Source: Oopsacas minuta
Lineage: Eukaryota; Animalia; Porifera
Reading direction: 5' to 3'
Assembly: GCA_024704765.1 (NCBI GenBank)
Contig: JAKMXF010000033.1
Coordinates: forward strand, 124,001 to 188,000
DNA length: 64,000 nucleotides
Shown in pieces: positions 36,494-50,115 of the stretch. How positions within the stretch are numbered: the first letter of the stretch is position 1; the number at the start of each line of letters is the position of its first letter. Made by a program: the position numbers and the translations under genes. The notes below the pieces were generated by a model that was given only the letters and a program-made list of their open reading frames with translations, ran no database searches and was not told where the DNA came from.

Positions 36494-39400
36494 TTATACT
36501 GTGATGGTTGTGTCATCAGGTTTAATATATCTGACCTTTTGAGACTTATGATTGAATATATATCTATACCTATTGGGTTTGTTGGGTGTACACGGGTAGC
36601 TGCTGTTTGGTAGTCCGTAATATCTGTATAGGATAATTCCTAATATTATTGAGAGTATCAGTAGGATTACTACGAAGATTACAGATAGCATTGATCCAAC
36701 TATTATGCCTGCGATTATTCTTGTTTGTTCTAGAAATAAATATTCATAAATTGTCACCTCAGAGGGTGAATAGGAGGGGTCATATGGCCTCTCCCCTAGG
36801 GGATCAAACTTATGGAAGGTCTCGAGCCAACCTAGTGATTAGTTTTATGAGAGTTATATTTTTTGTGCAGTTAACTTATATCGAAGCTCAAGGAGCCGTG
36901 ATAATTAATTTTAACGGTATGTGACCATATTCGTACAGTTTCAGGCTTCGATATAAGCGGGTATTCTGATACATCCGTGTTCGATATAACTGGAGTTAGC
37001 TGTATTTGTATTTACCTTCTGTAATAGGCAACTGAGTTGTTACTGATACTGATACTGTTGTAGTGTTAACAGGTGCTGAACTATCTGTTGGTATATCTGT
37101 CGGTATATCTGTGTTATTAGTAGTTACCGTTGGTGTTGTAGAACACTCTAAATAATATATTAGGCAAGGTGTAAGAATGTATCACATCTACTATTATGAA
37201 CGAATTTATCCTCACCATCAAAGTATATATTCCACTCCTTGAAATATGATATTCCGTTTATATCTATGAAACATCTCAATAGATGTGACTGATCATATGG
37301 TTCCAGGTCTGATAATTCTATCATATTAGTTTCACTATTAGTTCCAGATTCTGTACATATACTACAGGTATTTCCATCTATTTCCCATTCAACCTAGAAG
37401 CATTAGTCCCCATAAAGACAGTCGACACAGTTCCTCTAATTAATCCAGCCCTACTTACCGCTTCAAGTTCTTGACTTGTCCCTCCCAGCAGCTGATAGCT
37501 ACAATCAAATGTATGGGAGTGTATTACGTCATCAACACATACTGATATGAAGTAATCCTCTCTAGTATTTGGGAGATCTGCGATTGCTAAAACACAAAAT
37601 AGTGTGCTATTAAAAGGTGTGATAACTTAATTATCAGTATACCTAGGTCCTTATTAAATTTCCACAGGGTGTACTTAATAATTGAACTATAACTTAATCA
37701 TAGTTTCAGTTCTATATTGCGATCAATATTAAGAACTCAAATTAGTTCCGCTGGTTAACTTCATGTATATTATACTTATTAACTTGCTTGTTACTATTAT
37801 TAATACCGTGACGTCATGCTTCCATTATTAGTTCAGATACCATTTTGTGATTACTCTAGAATATATTAAAATTCATATTTGTAATCGCTCGAACTTATCT
37901 GCGTAATACACTTTTCAGAGTTCTAAGCTTTTCTAGGATTCATTAATATATCTCTCCTCGTACGCAATATCTGATCAAGAAATTGGAAAATCAGATTCTT
38001 ATTTGTGTCGAACTGTCCCCAATAAGAATATCAAGTTTGTAGCTATACATGACGTGTCATTACAGAAACACAACTTTAATAAGTTAAGAATGGACACAGC
38101 TAACACCACCAATCTCTCATTACATCTATAATTCATTAGTGTCTATCGTATAATCTAAACAATATACCTAACAGACAGATGTGTTACTCTGTCTACATAT
38201 TCCATAATAGGAAGTACACTGTATAACAGTGATAGATTATAAGTAATAGATATGTTGTTCATAGCGAGATTTTGGTGGGCTAGACATATGACATTCCATC
38301 TGCCGATTGGGTTGTTATATTTAGCCTATAATTATATTTGTTGTTGTTTACTTACCATTTATTTGTATTCTATATTCATAAATCTGTTCTGTAACAGGGA
38401 AGCCCTTATTGTCGACATTCTGACAGGAAATATTGAAATCATTTTCTAACACTATTGTGGGTATTTCTTGTATAGCATATTGTGTCTGTTCATCTACCAG
38501 TCCATTAGAGAATAATACAGTTATAATTACAGCATTCCTATCTCCAGGTGCGTTGCTACATAACGTGTATTGTGAGTTATAAGGTAACTCTATTACTTCT
38601 GCTGTCACTGTTCCTGTAAGAATAGTATTAACTAATAAATCCTCAAATCTGATAGGGTAAGACAGTTGTCACCTCTTCAAAGAGATTTGTGGTTACATCG
38701 CTTAGATATTTTAACAGGTTATGACCTGTAGCCCTTTGCATACATATAGTAAATTTCAAGTCAGCAGCTCTTGCAAATTCCACAATATATTCAAAAACCC
38801 ATAAGAACTAACTTACTTGTCCTAATACTAATATCTTTATCAATTGTCTTCCCATTAAAATATGTACCGAGGTTTACTCTACATTCTAATGTGTTGCTAG
38901 AAAGGCTTATGTTTGGATATATTGCGTACTGTCTGAACGGATTGTTTAGTCTAGGAAAGCAAGCCTCACAGCTGGTACAGTATGGGTATTTGTCGTATTC
39001 ACAATCTTCTACATTTATATTGTCAATAACTCCATCAACCTATAATAAACAAACAGTAACACCTCTGAAATATCATAGTGATTATAGAGGTACTTTAGAA
39101 TTCACTTACATCAACAAATGTGTCTTGAGCATCAGTTACTCCAGTAATATTATAATCACACTCAGCTAATAACGAGTACCCATCTGCACCAAATACTGTC
39201 TGTTCATAGTTCCCTGTACTAGTACCCTTCACCCCTGAGTTATAAGAAAACACTCCGTGTATGTATAGAGTGAATAAACAGGATAAACCACCATCTCCTT
39301 GCACAATATACATTCCTTCATCTGACTCAATAGAGTCTAGTATTGTGAGGCCAATTACAGTTTCCGGTATCTCGTAACGAGATCCGTTCTCAGCTGTTAT

Positions 39401-39732
39401 CGGCCAGTAGGGTGCTGTTTCTGACTCTTTGTAGTACCACCTTGTTGTACCCGATATTTCAATACAACCCAGTTGTATGTCGGTGTGTACTTCTTTATAT
39501 TGTACCTTCTCTTTAACTAGAAATATATTTATGCAAATAAATAAATTCATACACATATAACTGCGAGCATTTCATTTTGCACAATTTCTATACATTTCGC
39601 GATTTTTATCCTACAGAACACGAATGAACCCATCGGCCCGCGTATCCTCGTGGCCTCTCAGAACTCACCAATAGTTTGCTCTGTTAATACAACAAGCAAA
39701 AGTAGATATCCTATATGCACGACATCCTTCAT
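36494..39732 (-). CDS. Type I membrane protein with Ig-like domains, Thr-rich stalk and short cytoplasmic tail; joining of about 9 exons is inferred
   Basis: Signal-peptide exon MKDVVHIGYLLLLVVL at 39732; Ig signature C...W...LTI...DEGMY; internal GT-AG exons; TM IIAGIIVGSMLSVIFVVILLILSIILGII. Confidence 0.65.
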
Positions 39733-40152
39733 CTTAGATCTCTCCTCTGTCCAATAAAGCTATCAATAGTATATATACTTGATATAAGCTAATAATGCAT
39801 AATACTTGTACTGACTGAGGCTTCAATTATGACCAGTACTATGAATTGTAGTGAATGATGCAACGAATAGTGTCCTTTATCAGTGGCATCATAGATGGTA
39901 ATCAGAGATTATGTTTCATTTTATTAGCGTATAAAGAGAATGTGTCGGTTAATACGAATTTCTGGATATGACGAATAAATAGGTCTCTACAATGGCTATA
40001 CAATTGGTATTACTTAAAACTAACAATTCTGAATGTCCGTTGGTGTTCGTAGTTCCACTGTATATACACCGATACAACATAATCGTTAAAATAATTCACA
40101 ACACGTATTTGTATTTCTAAACAAACGAAGAATTCTTGCATACAACTTACTG

Positions 40153-42170
40153 CTATTTGTTGCGGCGTTTACACTTACAATTAGTAAGAATAATCACAGC
40201 AACAGATAAATACACAACAACAATAAGAAACGTCCCAAGAGTGTATAGAACACTTTTCCAAAGACAGTTATGACACACTAAGTAAATATGACAACAATCA
40301 TCTTCTTGAATATTCTCATATTGGATCAGCACAAATTCCCACACATTTCTTTCAGATATATTTGCATAGCTATAGGTGTTAATATTTCCATCACCTGCAG
40401 CTGAATACATGTATCTGTGTAAAATAACATATTCATCAGGCAGAAATGCAACCTCGTACATCCCACTCTCATTTAGAGTACAATTCTTATCGTTTTCACA
40501 CATGTATTCCTGCATGTCTCCATATTATCACAAGTAACATCAAATCCTGTAAGATCTGTCTCCTCCGTGTAACACGGATAAAGACTGTACGAACCGGTAA
40601 TAGATATGGATCCTTGACTTGTAATATTTGTTATATAAGAATCTTTCGGATACCAATTAAGTTCTTGAATTCTTTTCTGATCTTTTTGGATTTGGAACTC
40701 AGGTGCTCGAATTGTCTTGTAGAACAGAACCGAATTACTATGCGGACAACTCTTTGGTGTTATCAGATAATTTTTATATTCTATATTAAAAATCGTGAAA
40801 TCTTTTTCGACATTTTCCTTGGCGAGTACTTTATCACAACTTTTCATAAACTTCTGCAGCTGACTGCCTCTCTCATTCAAATGTATATATTCTCCTGGCT
40901 TCAATATCAAATGCACGCGATTACCCGGTTGATACCATATATAACTTGTAAGTATTGTGATTACGACGGCAATTGACACAATTGTAACACTGTTTATGAT
41001 AAAGGCCTTCAGAACACTCTGCGCATTTGACACTAAAGGTAAACTCTCCTGCGGCAACGCCTCACTATTATCTAACGAATTGTAGTCTCGCGGGTTATTT
41101 TGAGAAGATCTGTATTCACTCAATGAATTGATTAAAATTACAATGAATAATATTGTTAACAAGGGAAGAATGAAAGCTAAAATATCTGCCAACACAGCAA
41201 ACACCATTTCAAGGATAATCACATTACCTTCTTTCATGTGTTGACATCTGTATACGAAGTTAGGGAACTCACATTGGATTAAGTTTAGGATAAACTCAGT
41301 GATAAGAAGTGACAGATATATGATGGAATATTTCTTGATTCGTTTCATCTCAGTTTTATCACACAGAGTGTTTATTAATGTGTCGAAAGGGGAGGCTTCC
41401 TGTCCATCAGGACGTTGCTCGATTATCCTCAATTTATCTCGGATAGTCCGCCATAAAAATATCACAAACACTATACAAATTAGAAGATTAATCAACACCT
41501 CAATGGTTCGGACGGATTCCGCAAGTGTCTGGAAGGGACTGCTAGATGAGACGATCTCATAAAATGTTGGATTATATGGTAATGTATTCGCAAATAGTTC
41601 AGGGATTCGATAACTGCAAATAAACACGAAAACTACTCTGATAGATAATAATAATGCGAATGTTTTGAAATAATAAGTTTTCACTACAAGTTTGCAGATA
41701 TAGTTCACTAGGAATAAGAACCCCCAGAGCAACAGATTCTCCCTCGCAGCTTCCAGGGCTGCTTCTAGAAAATACAAAACATGATGTGTGGACGGTATTA
41801 TATATCCAGATAGATTGACCTCGTTTTCCTTCTGAGTAATAATAAATTTTTCGTTTAGAAGTATGTTAAAAAGGAAGTAAACAGCATGTATACAAATAAT
41901 AACAGAGATTACCTGCAGTATAACTACTGAGATAAAGATACACAGAGTTATACGGAAGTGATTATAGTCATACTCTTGGTTGCCGAATATAGCTCTCCTC
42001 TTCTTACCGATCGGCTTCACTATTATCCAAATAGATCGGATAACGAGAGGGAGAATAAACAGAGATTGGATAAATGATATCATGAATACAGCTAGCCCAA
42101 TGTAGATATATTTTGGGTCTTTAGGGTAACGACTAGCTATTAGCATATTCCATAGGGATAACATATTCAA
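40153..42170 (-). CDS. Multipass membrane protein with Cys-containing C-terminal region, split by an apparent 1-nt frameshift near 40525
   Basis: 565-aa ORF with about 7 hydrophobic segments overlaps a 120-aa ORF in another frame that ends in a further TM segment. Confidence 0.7.
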
Positions 42171-42462
42171 ATATTATAATCAAATGGTTTTGAAGTAATA
42201 TACGGATACAGTTTGGCTATTTATTCGTATTTCATTTGATAGGGGATTATGTTACCCGTGGGAGATATGTATTGAGTTCTTATGGTTAATAAAGTGTATG
42301 TATGTATGTGTGTGTGTGTGTATTTATACTTAACACCTTTACAGTATGCCATATATTATCACCTTCCAGTTTAAACTGTCTACATGTGATGGTTATTTAC
42401 AAGTTGTGTCCTTAGTGATAATTGAATTATATATCAGCTATTAATATACTAGTCTAGTCTAG

Positions 42463-44350
42463 ATGGCTTCTGTTATGAAATCTAGTCCAACTTCTGAGTT
42501 ACAGATACCATACCCCAACCTCTCAGAATCTTTAGTATCAATTAACAATGATAGCAAGGTGTCTAGCCAACGGAGGAAGCGACGAGTAGTCATCAATATT
42601 GAACCAGATATTAAGAAATTAAAACTCAATTATGGTAGGTGTTTATAGCTCATTCGTATAGTTAGCTATTAAATTGATAACTGGATCTTTTCTACTATAG
42701 ACCTTCCATCTGTCCGGGGAGCACAAGCTTTGATGTTTGGGCAAGGAGACGTGGGACAGCTGGGACTAGGAGAGAATATACTTATGCGTAAGAAGCCTGC
42801 TCAGATTAAGAGTATGGAGGGTGTAGGTTTGAGACAGGTAGCTGTTGGAGGTATGCATACTGTATTATTAACTGATAATGCAGAGGTGAGTATTTGACAA
42901 TCTACGAATCTTCCTGTATAATTATATTATATATTCATAGTGTTACAGTTTTGGGTGTAATGATGAAGGAGCTCTGGGTAGAGTGACTGAAGAGGGAGAG
43001 GAATATGTCTCCGGTAAGGTGTCAGGACTGAGCGACGTTAAGATAGTCCTTATATCAGCTGGTGACAGTCATTCCGCATATCTCACTGATACCGGCAAGG
43101 TCTATGTGTCAGGAACATTTAGAGTGAGTTATAATTAATTACATCCATGGTACATCATACAGCATAACTCTGATAATCTATTGGTCAATACTGTAGGATA
43201 ATTCTGGTTTATTCGGCTTACAAGATGACGTCACTAAGACAAAGACACCTGTTCTAATCTACCAATCAGATTCGAGTCCTGTGATAAAGATATGCTCTGG
43301 AAATGATCATCTGGTCCTATTGACACAAAAGGGAGAGGTTCTCACCCTGGGGAACGCCGAGCAGGGACAATTGGGCCGTGTGGCGGGGAGTTTTAGCACC
43401 AGAGGAGGCAGAAGAGGGAGGAACTATCTGTTAGAACCTAAGGTAATGACAAATACTCCCAATATCATTTGAGAGTTTATTTTACACCTTATAGCCAGTG
43501 CATTTTCCAAGAGAGCGAGGCTTCAAGCTACCAATAATCTGTGACATATATGCTGGATCCTATCACACAGTAGCTATTGCATCTGGGCCAGTACTACGTG
43601 TGTATGCATGGGGTCTTAATAACTATGGACAATTGGGTCTGGGACATTTTGAGACAACATATATACCAACTCGGATGGATATGTCTGGATGGTCACCTGA
43701 TCACATAACTGGTTCTGAGATACAGTTCTCAGGAGGGCAGCATCACTCAGTCATAACAGTCCGTGGGAAGGTGTACGTGTGTGGGAGAGGACATTTCGGT
43801 ACACTTGGACTAGGTTAGTTCGCCCTTGGTTACCATAATATCATATAGTAATGTTATCTATTCATTATAGGCTCAGGACACAAAACAGAATTGAGTACAC
43901 CTACATTAATAGACTCTTTAAGCAGAATATGTTCTGTTGAGTGTGGTTCATCTGTCTGCTATGCTATTAATGAGGAAGGCAAGGCTTATGCCTGGGGTAT
44001 GGGAACTTGCAATCAACTGACTACAGGTTTGGAATAGTTGCAATCAGCATTTCCTAATCTGGGATCTGTTTACCCCTTGGTGATCCACCCATGACAGTAA
44101 ATAGTGTTGTGTCCAGCTGTTATAAGGAGTATTCACCTGAAGTTATATTATATATTAATTGTAAAAATTCTAATCAGCATTTATCGTTGCTATAGGAGAT
44201 GATGAAGATGTGTTTGAACCAGTACTATTAACAGGGAAGCAGTTAGAGGATAGGAGGATAATATCAGTATCATCTGGTGGACAACACAGTGCATTACTAG
44301 TCAAACCGGTTTTACCAGATAAGCCGGTTACGCAGGAATTAGTACAGTAA
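42463..44350 (+). CDS. RCC1: Regulator of chromosome condensation 1
   Basis: [66 protein letters not shown]. Confidence 0.93.
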
Positions 44351-44587
44351 TATTAATCCAGTTTATTTTCGTTATTTGTTAAAGTAGAGAAGATTGAAAG
44401 AAAACATTAGGAATGAATTTGTTGATTTTCATATTAATTGCAAATCTCATTTTATTGTTTACTTTCTTACACTTCGAAATAAATATTTGAAATATTAAAT
44501 TTCGGAGTGGGTCCCTTGCCCAATCGGCACGGTTGCCATGGTTACCACTTATCATAATATTTGTTTATTTTGTTAATTAGCAGCCAG

Positions 44588-47247
44588 ATGAACACGGAAG
44601 TAGCTAGATTAGCTAAACAGTTAGAAAAACTACAGAAAGATGACTTTGAGGTATATTTGTATTTGTATTTTTATTTGCATTGGTTGGTTATTAGAAGTAT
44701 CAATACATGTCCTTCTAACATATAATGTTTGTATCCATTAGGACCCAGAACGAGCACTAGACTTGCTCCATCAATTGAAAGAATGTCAGATTAGTATTAA
44801 CCTTCTCAATGTATGTATTTGTCTTATAAACTATTTTTCTAATACTCAACACGTTATTAATATCTATTTTTAGGATACTAGAGTTGGACTGATTGTGAAT
44901 ACTCTCCGAAAGAAAACTAGTAGTCCAGAGGTTTCAGCTTTAGGAAAGAAACTAATCAAAACTTGGAAGAAATTCCTTCCCGCGGGTAATTACCATTAGC
45001 TATAGATCTCTATGTAATTCCTTGATGCACATATTATATTTAGAAGAGCCGAAGAGACCCAAAACTGCATACAGGAATAGTCCTGTTTATGAGCAAGATG
45101 ATACACTTAAGAATAGTCCAGAGCCTCAACCTCTACCCATCGTATCTTCCAGTAACTACCAGTCTGTGTCTCGGCCTCATGTCTCTAAGAGAGAGTATCA
45201 TCCGGTATTAACTGGGAATGTTATTAGAGATAAAATCATTGAAATGATTGTGGATGCTTTCAAGAAGAATGTTCCTGCTGGTAAAGTCATTAGTTAATTA
45301 GATTAATAAATACTTGTTATCTCATTCCAAATACCAACGAAGTAACCATGGAAACTGGGGCATAACACGTCACAGAAGCACGTTAGGGGAGTTGGTGAAT
45401 GATTCATGGTATGTAGTATGCGATTATATGTTATGTTCCCCTTCCAAAGGTGCTAAAATATGAATAATCACCTTGGCTACTTTTGGAGGAATGTATTTAT
45501 TTTAGAGTTAATATACGATGCACAATTCTACAAATTGGCTACAGAAATCGAAGAAAATATCCTCACACATAGCTTAATTACTTTATTTAATTATCACAAT
45601 TTTCTTATTCACAAAAGTTGTTCATATACAGCTCGATTAAATTCTTAGTCTCTTCTCTGAGAGATAGAATTTTAACACCTTTTCCTCCTCTGTAAGATTT
45701 CCGTCTCCTTTTTGAATCTCTTGAATTTGTGATTTTAGACTCGATCGTATCTTTCTTGACTTTCTTATGAATTTTATGGAATGGGTCTGGGAGTGTGTCA
45801 GTTATTTCTGGAGCTATTTCTTTGCTCTTAGCAACAGCGTAATCATATAAGAATGCTCTCTCTTGTGGTGTTCTGAAACTCTGTAGGACATCGTAGGAGT
45901 AGTGGAGAGAATCATTAACCTGGAACTAACACATTATACTACTAGATTGCATATTTATATCAAATATTGTTATTTACTTACTTGTTTATCTATAGACTCG
46001 TCACCAGCTATATCTTTAATAACGTGTTTGTATTCAGTAATTCCTCTCATTTTCCTAAGAATATCATCTTCTAACTTGTTCGGTATAATTACTAGACCTC
46101 TCTCCCTCCCTCTGATCCCAAAATCTCTGATCTCCTCACGTGATACTCCTTCTTGTTTGTATTTACAAACACGTATATGTTGTTTGTTTGTATCCTTGAT
46201 ATAATGTTGAGGGTTAACAGGACATTGCATTGAATCATCAGTGCTAATATCTAATTCAATTAGTTTTGTCTTATATTCGCAATCTTCTAATCTCTGTCTC
46301 ATAATCTCCAGCTGTACGCTCCTCACTTCTATCTCTGCTTCTGATAGAGACATCTATACTATAGCTATAGCTAGTACTGGTTATAATAGCGGTCCCCAAG
46401 CTGCCCTTGGTGGTTTACGATCGACAGCAGGGGGGGGTAATTAAGGACAAAATAGATTGGGAACAGCTGGTTTATAGATTATCCCATATGAATAATTATG
46501 CAGCAATTGGCTATTATTGATTCTAAGTCACAATTCTTATAAAATGTACCCGGCATGTGTTATTCCTAAACTGGTCACATATATACAATGAGTTCAAAGA
46601 TACAGGGCTGAAGTATAAGAACAGATGTCGGAGTCGAATATCTAATCTGAAAGATCTCAAGAACCCTCTGCTCAGACAGAGAGTACTCTCGAGAGAAATA
46701 AACCCAGAAATGTTCGCACAAATGAGCGCAGAAGTAAGTTATCAAGAATTCTCGATTTTATCCGAATCCAACATCTTTTATTGTTCATAGGATATGGCAA
46801 GCGAACAGTTGAAAAAGAAAATAGAAGAATACAAGGAAGTAAATATAAATAATGCACAAATGGCGACAGGAGGAGGAACCAAAACAGATCTCTTCAAATG
46901 TGGAAAATGTAAAAGTAATGAATGTTCTTATTTTCAGTTACAAACTCGATCAGCTGATGAACCAATGACAACATATGTATGGTGCTGTTCATGTGGAAAT
47001 AGATGGAAGGTTTGTTACCCAATCGAATTACAGAGATAAGCTTACCTAGATATTTGTTTTCGCTCTACTGTTCACACCTTTAGTGATTAAGACACTAAAT
47101 TTGGCATGTGTAGTCGTCATGACATCTAGTTGTACACCTGACATTTGAAATATTTCTAATGTGTATATTTTCACACCTTTTGGTAAACTTAAGTCGGTAC
47201 AGACGGTGATTTGAGATTATAATTCTTTCATTTTGTAGTTCTGCTAA
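44588..47247 (+). CDS. TCEA1: Transcription elongation factor TFIIS, including a predicted AT-AC intron 45557-46578
   Basis: [33 protein letters not shown]...[11 protein letters not shown]...CGNRWKFC zinc ribbon with the DE motif. Confidence 0.95.
45557..46578 (+). other. U12-type (AT-AC) minor-spliceosome intron of TFIIS
   Basis: 5' end ATATCCTC, branch-like TTCCTAAAC at 46563-46571, 3' end TCAC; splicing gives in-frame IEE-N-IYNEF matching the TFIIS IEExIY motif; no suitable GT donor near the exon end. Confidence 0.85.
45605..46353 (-). CDS. SNRNP48: U11/U12 snRNP 48 kDa protein, 2 exons, nested antisense in the TFIIS U12 intron
   Basis: CHHC finger CPVNPQH...HIRVC followed by GVSREE; second exon [11 protein letters not shown] and [11 protein letters not shown], characteristic of 48K. 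Confidence 0.85.
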
Positions 47248-47949
47248 CAGACATATTTCCTCAAATCCTTACAACAGCTGTAGCCATCAAACAACAGCTA
47301 AACACACTTCTGCCTATTATTACTATATAGCTAAGCTTAAACATCAGTTTATCAGCTGAGTACTGTCTTTGTTGACTCAATTGCATTGCTAATTACTCTT
47401 ACAGCAAGTTTGTACCTGTAATTATATATTTTGAATTGTTCTCTTTGCTTATTATTTTAACACCTTCCTCGAATACCCTCAAATCTGATAGGCCGCTATT
47501 CTCAGAAATGATGAACATTTCGTTTAGGTAGAGTCCACAATTGATCCTCTCAGGTTTTAAAATACAATACATGACTCAACCCATCAGTTATACAGATTAT
47601 TCACATGTGATTATATCACATTAACTATCGATTACAAACATACATAAACCTTTGTACATTTGGTAGTCACAAGCTATTATTTCCTCTGAACAAACAGATT
47701 ACAGATCATTATTCCAGTATACTATAGCTTCCCTGTACACAAATCAATCGCTTAATTTGGAAAATAAAGCCATTTCCATAATACGTATCCTAGCAATAGC
47801 TATTAGACACTTTCAGTGTATCCTAAAATAGATCATGAATCATATTAACGTCATTCATCTCGTGTGTGCTTATACGGCTGTTATGTATATAAGGATTCTT
47901 TGAATTTATAAATGTATTTTCTATACATTGATTATTACTAGCAGTTATA

Positions 47950-49842
47950 ATGGCAAACATTTATCCATCTCTTGAAGACATGGTCGTGGACAAGATGGCC
48001 AAGGTAAGTCTATTTGTTTATTTGTTTGTTTGTTTACTTTATTGTGGTGTTATTTACAGACTCAAACACAGTTCGCAGAAGCTATCACTCCTCAACAACC
48101 AGCACTGGTGAGTAACCCCCAAAACTGAACTATTTTCCTATCATAAATTCTATTTTTATCCACCATTCTTCTACTTTTAGCCTGCACAGCCTTACCAACC
48201 TCCAGTACACGTGTACCCTTCTACAACCAGTGACAGGGCTCCCCCAGCTGTAATGCCCTTCTCCTCAACCATTTACCCCTCTCTAGGAGAATATATGGGT
48301 ATCAATATGAAAGATGCACAAGTACAGCAGTATGCGGACACAGCATCAAATAGTTGTGAGTATATTGAAACCCTACAATTCTATTGGTTTATATACACCA
48401 GGGGTTTTCAACCTTTTTCTGACCACGACCCACTTTCCAACTTTTTAAAGCGTTCGCGCCTCACCCGATGAAGGCATAACCAAAACGTAAATTTCAAAAT
48501 GTATGTAGGGTTTCTAATTACGCAATGCGACACTAACCACAAATTAATAGTAATAGAATCACTGAAATTCAGTAAAAATTCCTACCTTCCACGACCCACT
48601 GGTTGAAAACCCCTGATATACACCAATAAGAATACAAAGTTATAATTTGTTATATTTTATAGCCAGCAGCTGACCATCAATTAGCTAAACAAGGAGCATG
48701 TACTGTAGTAGCTCCAGTAAGTGGAACTCATAATCCTGATATACAGAGGGCGGAAATTAAACAAGGTAAACATTTGAAGTGTCCCGTCGTACCTAGCTCC
48801 CCCCGCTATGATATGTATTGGCTGTACACATATGGCCACAAGGGGAGGAGGTGATTTGTCTCAGTAACGAGGAATTCCGTAATTCTCATCAATAATCAGA
48901 TGGATTAACGATTATTATTACATCATAGACAAATAACGATATCACCTCCTTTATATATTTGAGAAAAATTAGTGTATTTTATGGTTTATTAATAATGTTT
49001 ATGTGCAGGAGTTCGTGAGGTTATTCTGTGTAAAGCAGCTGATGGAAAAGTAGGAATTTCCATTAAGGACATCAACAAGGTAAATAAGATGTTCACGCAT
49101 TAAATATACAAACATTAACACCTGTTATTGTTCACTTAGGGAGTGTTTGTTGCTTACGTACGCAAAGGATCTCCTGGGGCTATGGCTGGACTCCGTTTCG
49201 GCGATCAGATCCTACAAATAAACAGCGAAACAGTCGCTGGCTGGACTCAGGACAAATTCAATAAAACAATAAAATCTGCCTCAGGGGGCAAAATCACTTT
49301 GGCTATTAGAGATAGGCCCTTTGAGAGGATAATTACAATGCAGAAAGATTCACAGGGTCATATTGGGTTTGCTTTCAAAAATGGAGGATCTGTCAGATTA
49401 TCAAGGATTCGTCAGCTGCCAGGTAAATAGGTGTGAAAATTATTCATATCTAACACTTTTGATACTTTATTTTATGATTAGAAATGGAATTCTCATTAAC
49501 CACTATTTGATTGAAGTCAATGGACAAAATGTTGTTGGATTGAAGGTTCGTATTATTCATAAATACATGATAGATATATACATATGAATATAAAGAAAAC
49601 AGCTGTTTTTATATTTAATCAATATAGGATAAAGATATTCAGGAAATATTTGGACAAGCTCCAAGGACTCTAGCTATCACTATCATGCCTGATTTCGTAT
49701 ATGACGTTATCATGAAACAGTGAGTTATACAAATTCATAACAGCTGATCCCAACCTCTATTGTTGTTATTTACTTGTATTCTTTCTATAGCATGGGTAGT
49801 ACTCTTAAGAAGTCGATGGATCACTCTATCCCAGACATATAA
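47950..49842 (+). CDS. SDCBP: Syntenin (tandem PDZ protein)
   Basis: [61 protein letters not shown], terminal MDHSIPDI. Confidence 0.95.
48399..48615. mobile_element. Non-autonomous hAT-type element, 217 bp, in a syntenin intron
   Basis: Perfect 15-bp TIR CAGGGGTTTTCAACC / GGTTGAAAACCCCTG and perfect 8-bp TSD ATATACAC at 48391-48398 and 48616-48623. Confidence 0.95.
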
Positions 49843-50115
49843 CACCTCTCTCTATGTTACTACTGACTATATGAACTTCAATTTTACCTTAGTAACCAAC
49901 TTCCCCCTAAACTATGTACAAATGTGTGTATACATGTTATTCGTTTTCAAGAATTAAACTTGTATTCTAATAACATTGCTAATCTATTTTGTGTAATATT
50001 ATTATTCTGGGTTATTGAGTGTTCTAATAATAGTATCAAATAATTAATCACAGCTGTGAATATGTGGATAACATTATCATAGAATTCCCCGCTTATCATA
50101 GTTTAGCATTTACAG

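Noticed and set aside
40446-41562. Plus-strand ORFs antisense to the multipass gene, and similar shadows over ATF6, CDK1, TRAF-like and LANCL
   Set aside because: Antisense or alternate-frame shadows of real coding regions with no independent motifs
45342-45375. X-box-like and CACGTCAC motifs in a TFIIS intron, suggesting an internal promoter
   Set aside because: No in-frame ATG in the next exon, and short motifs alone are insufficient
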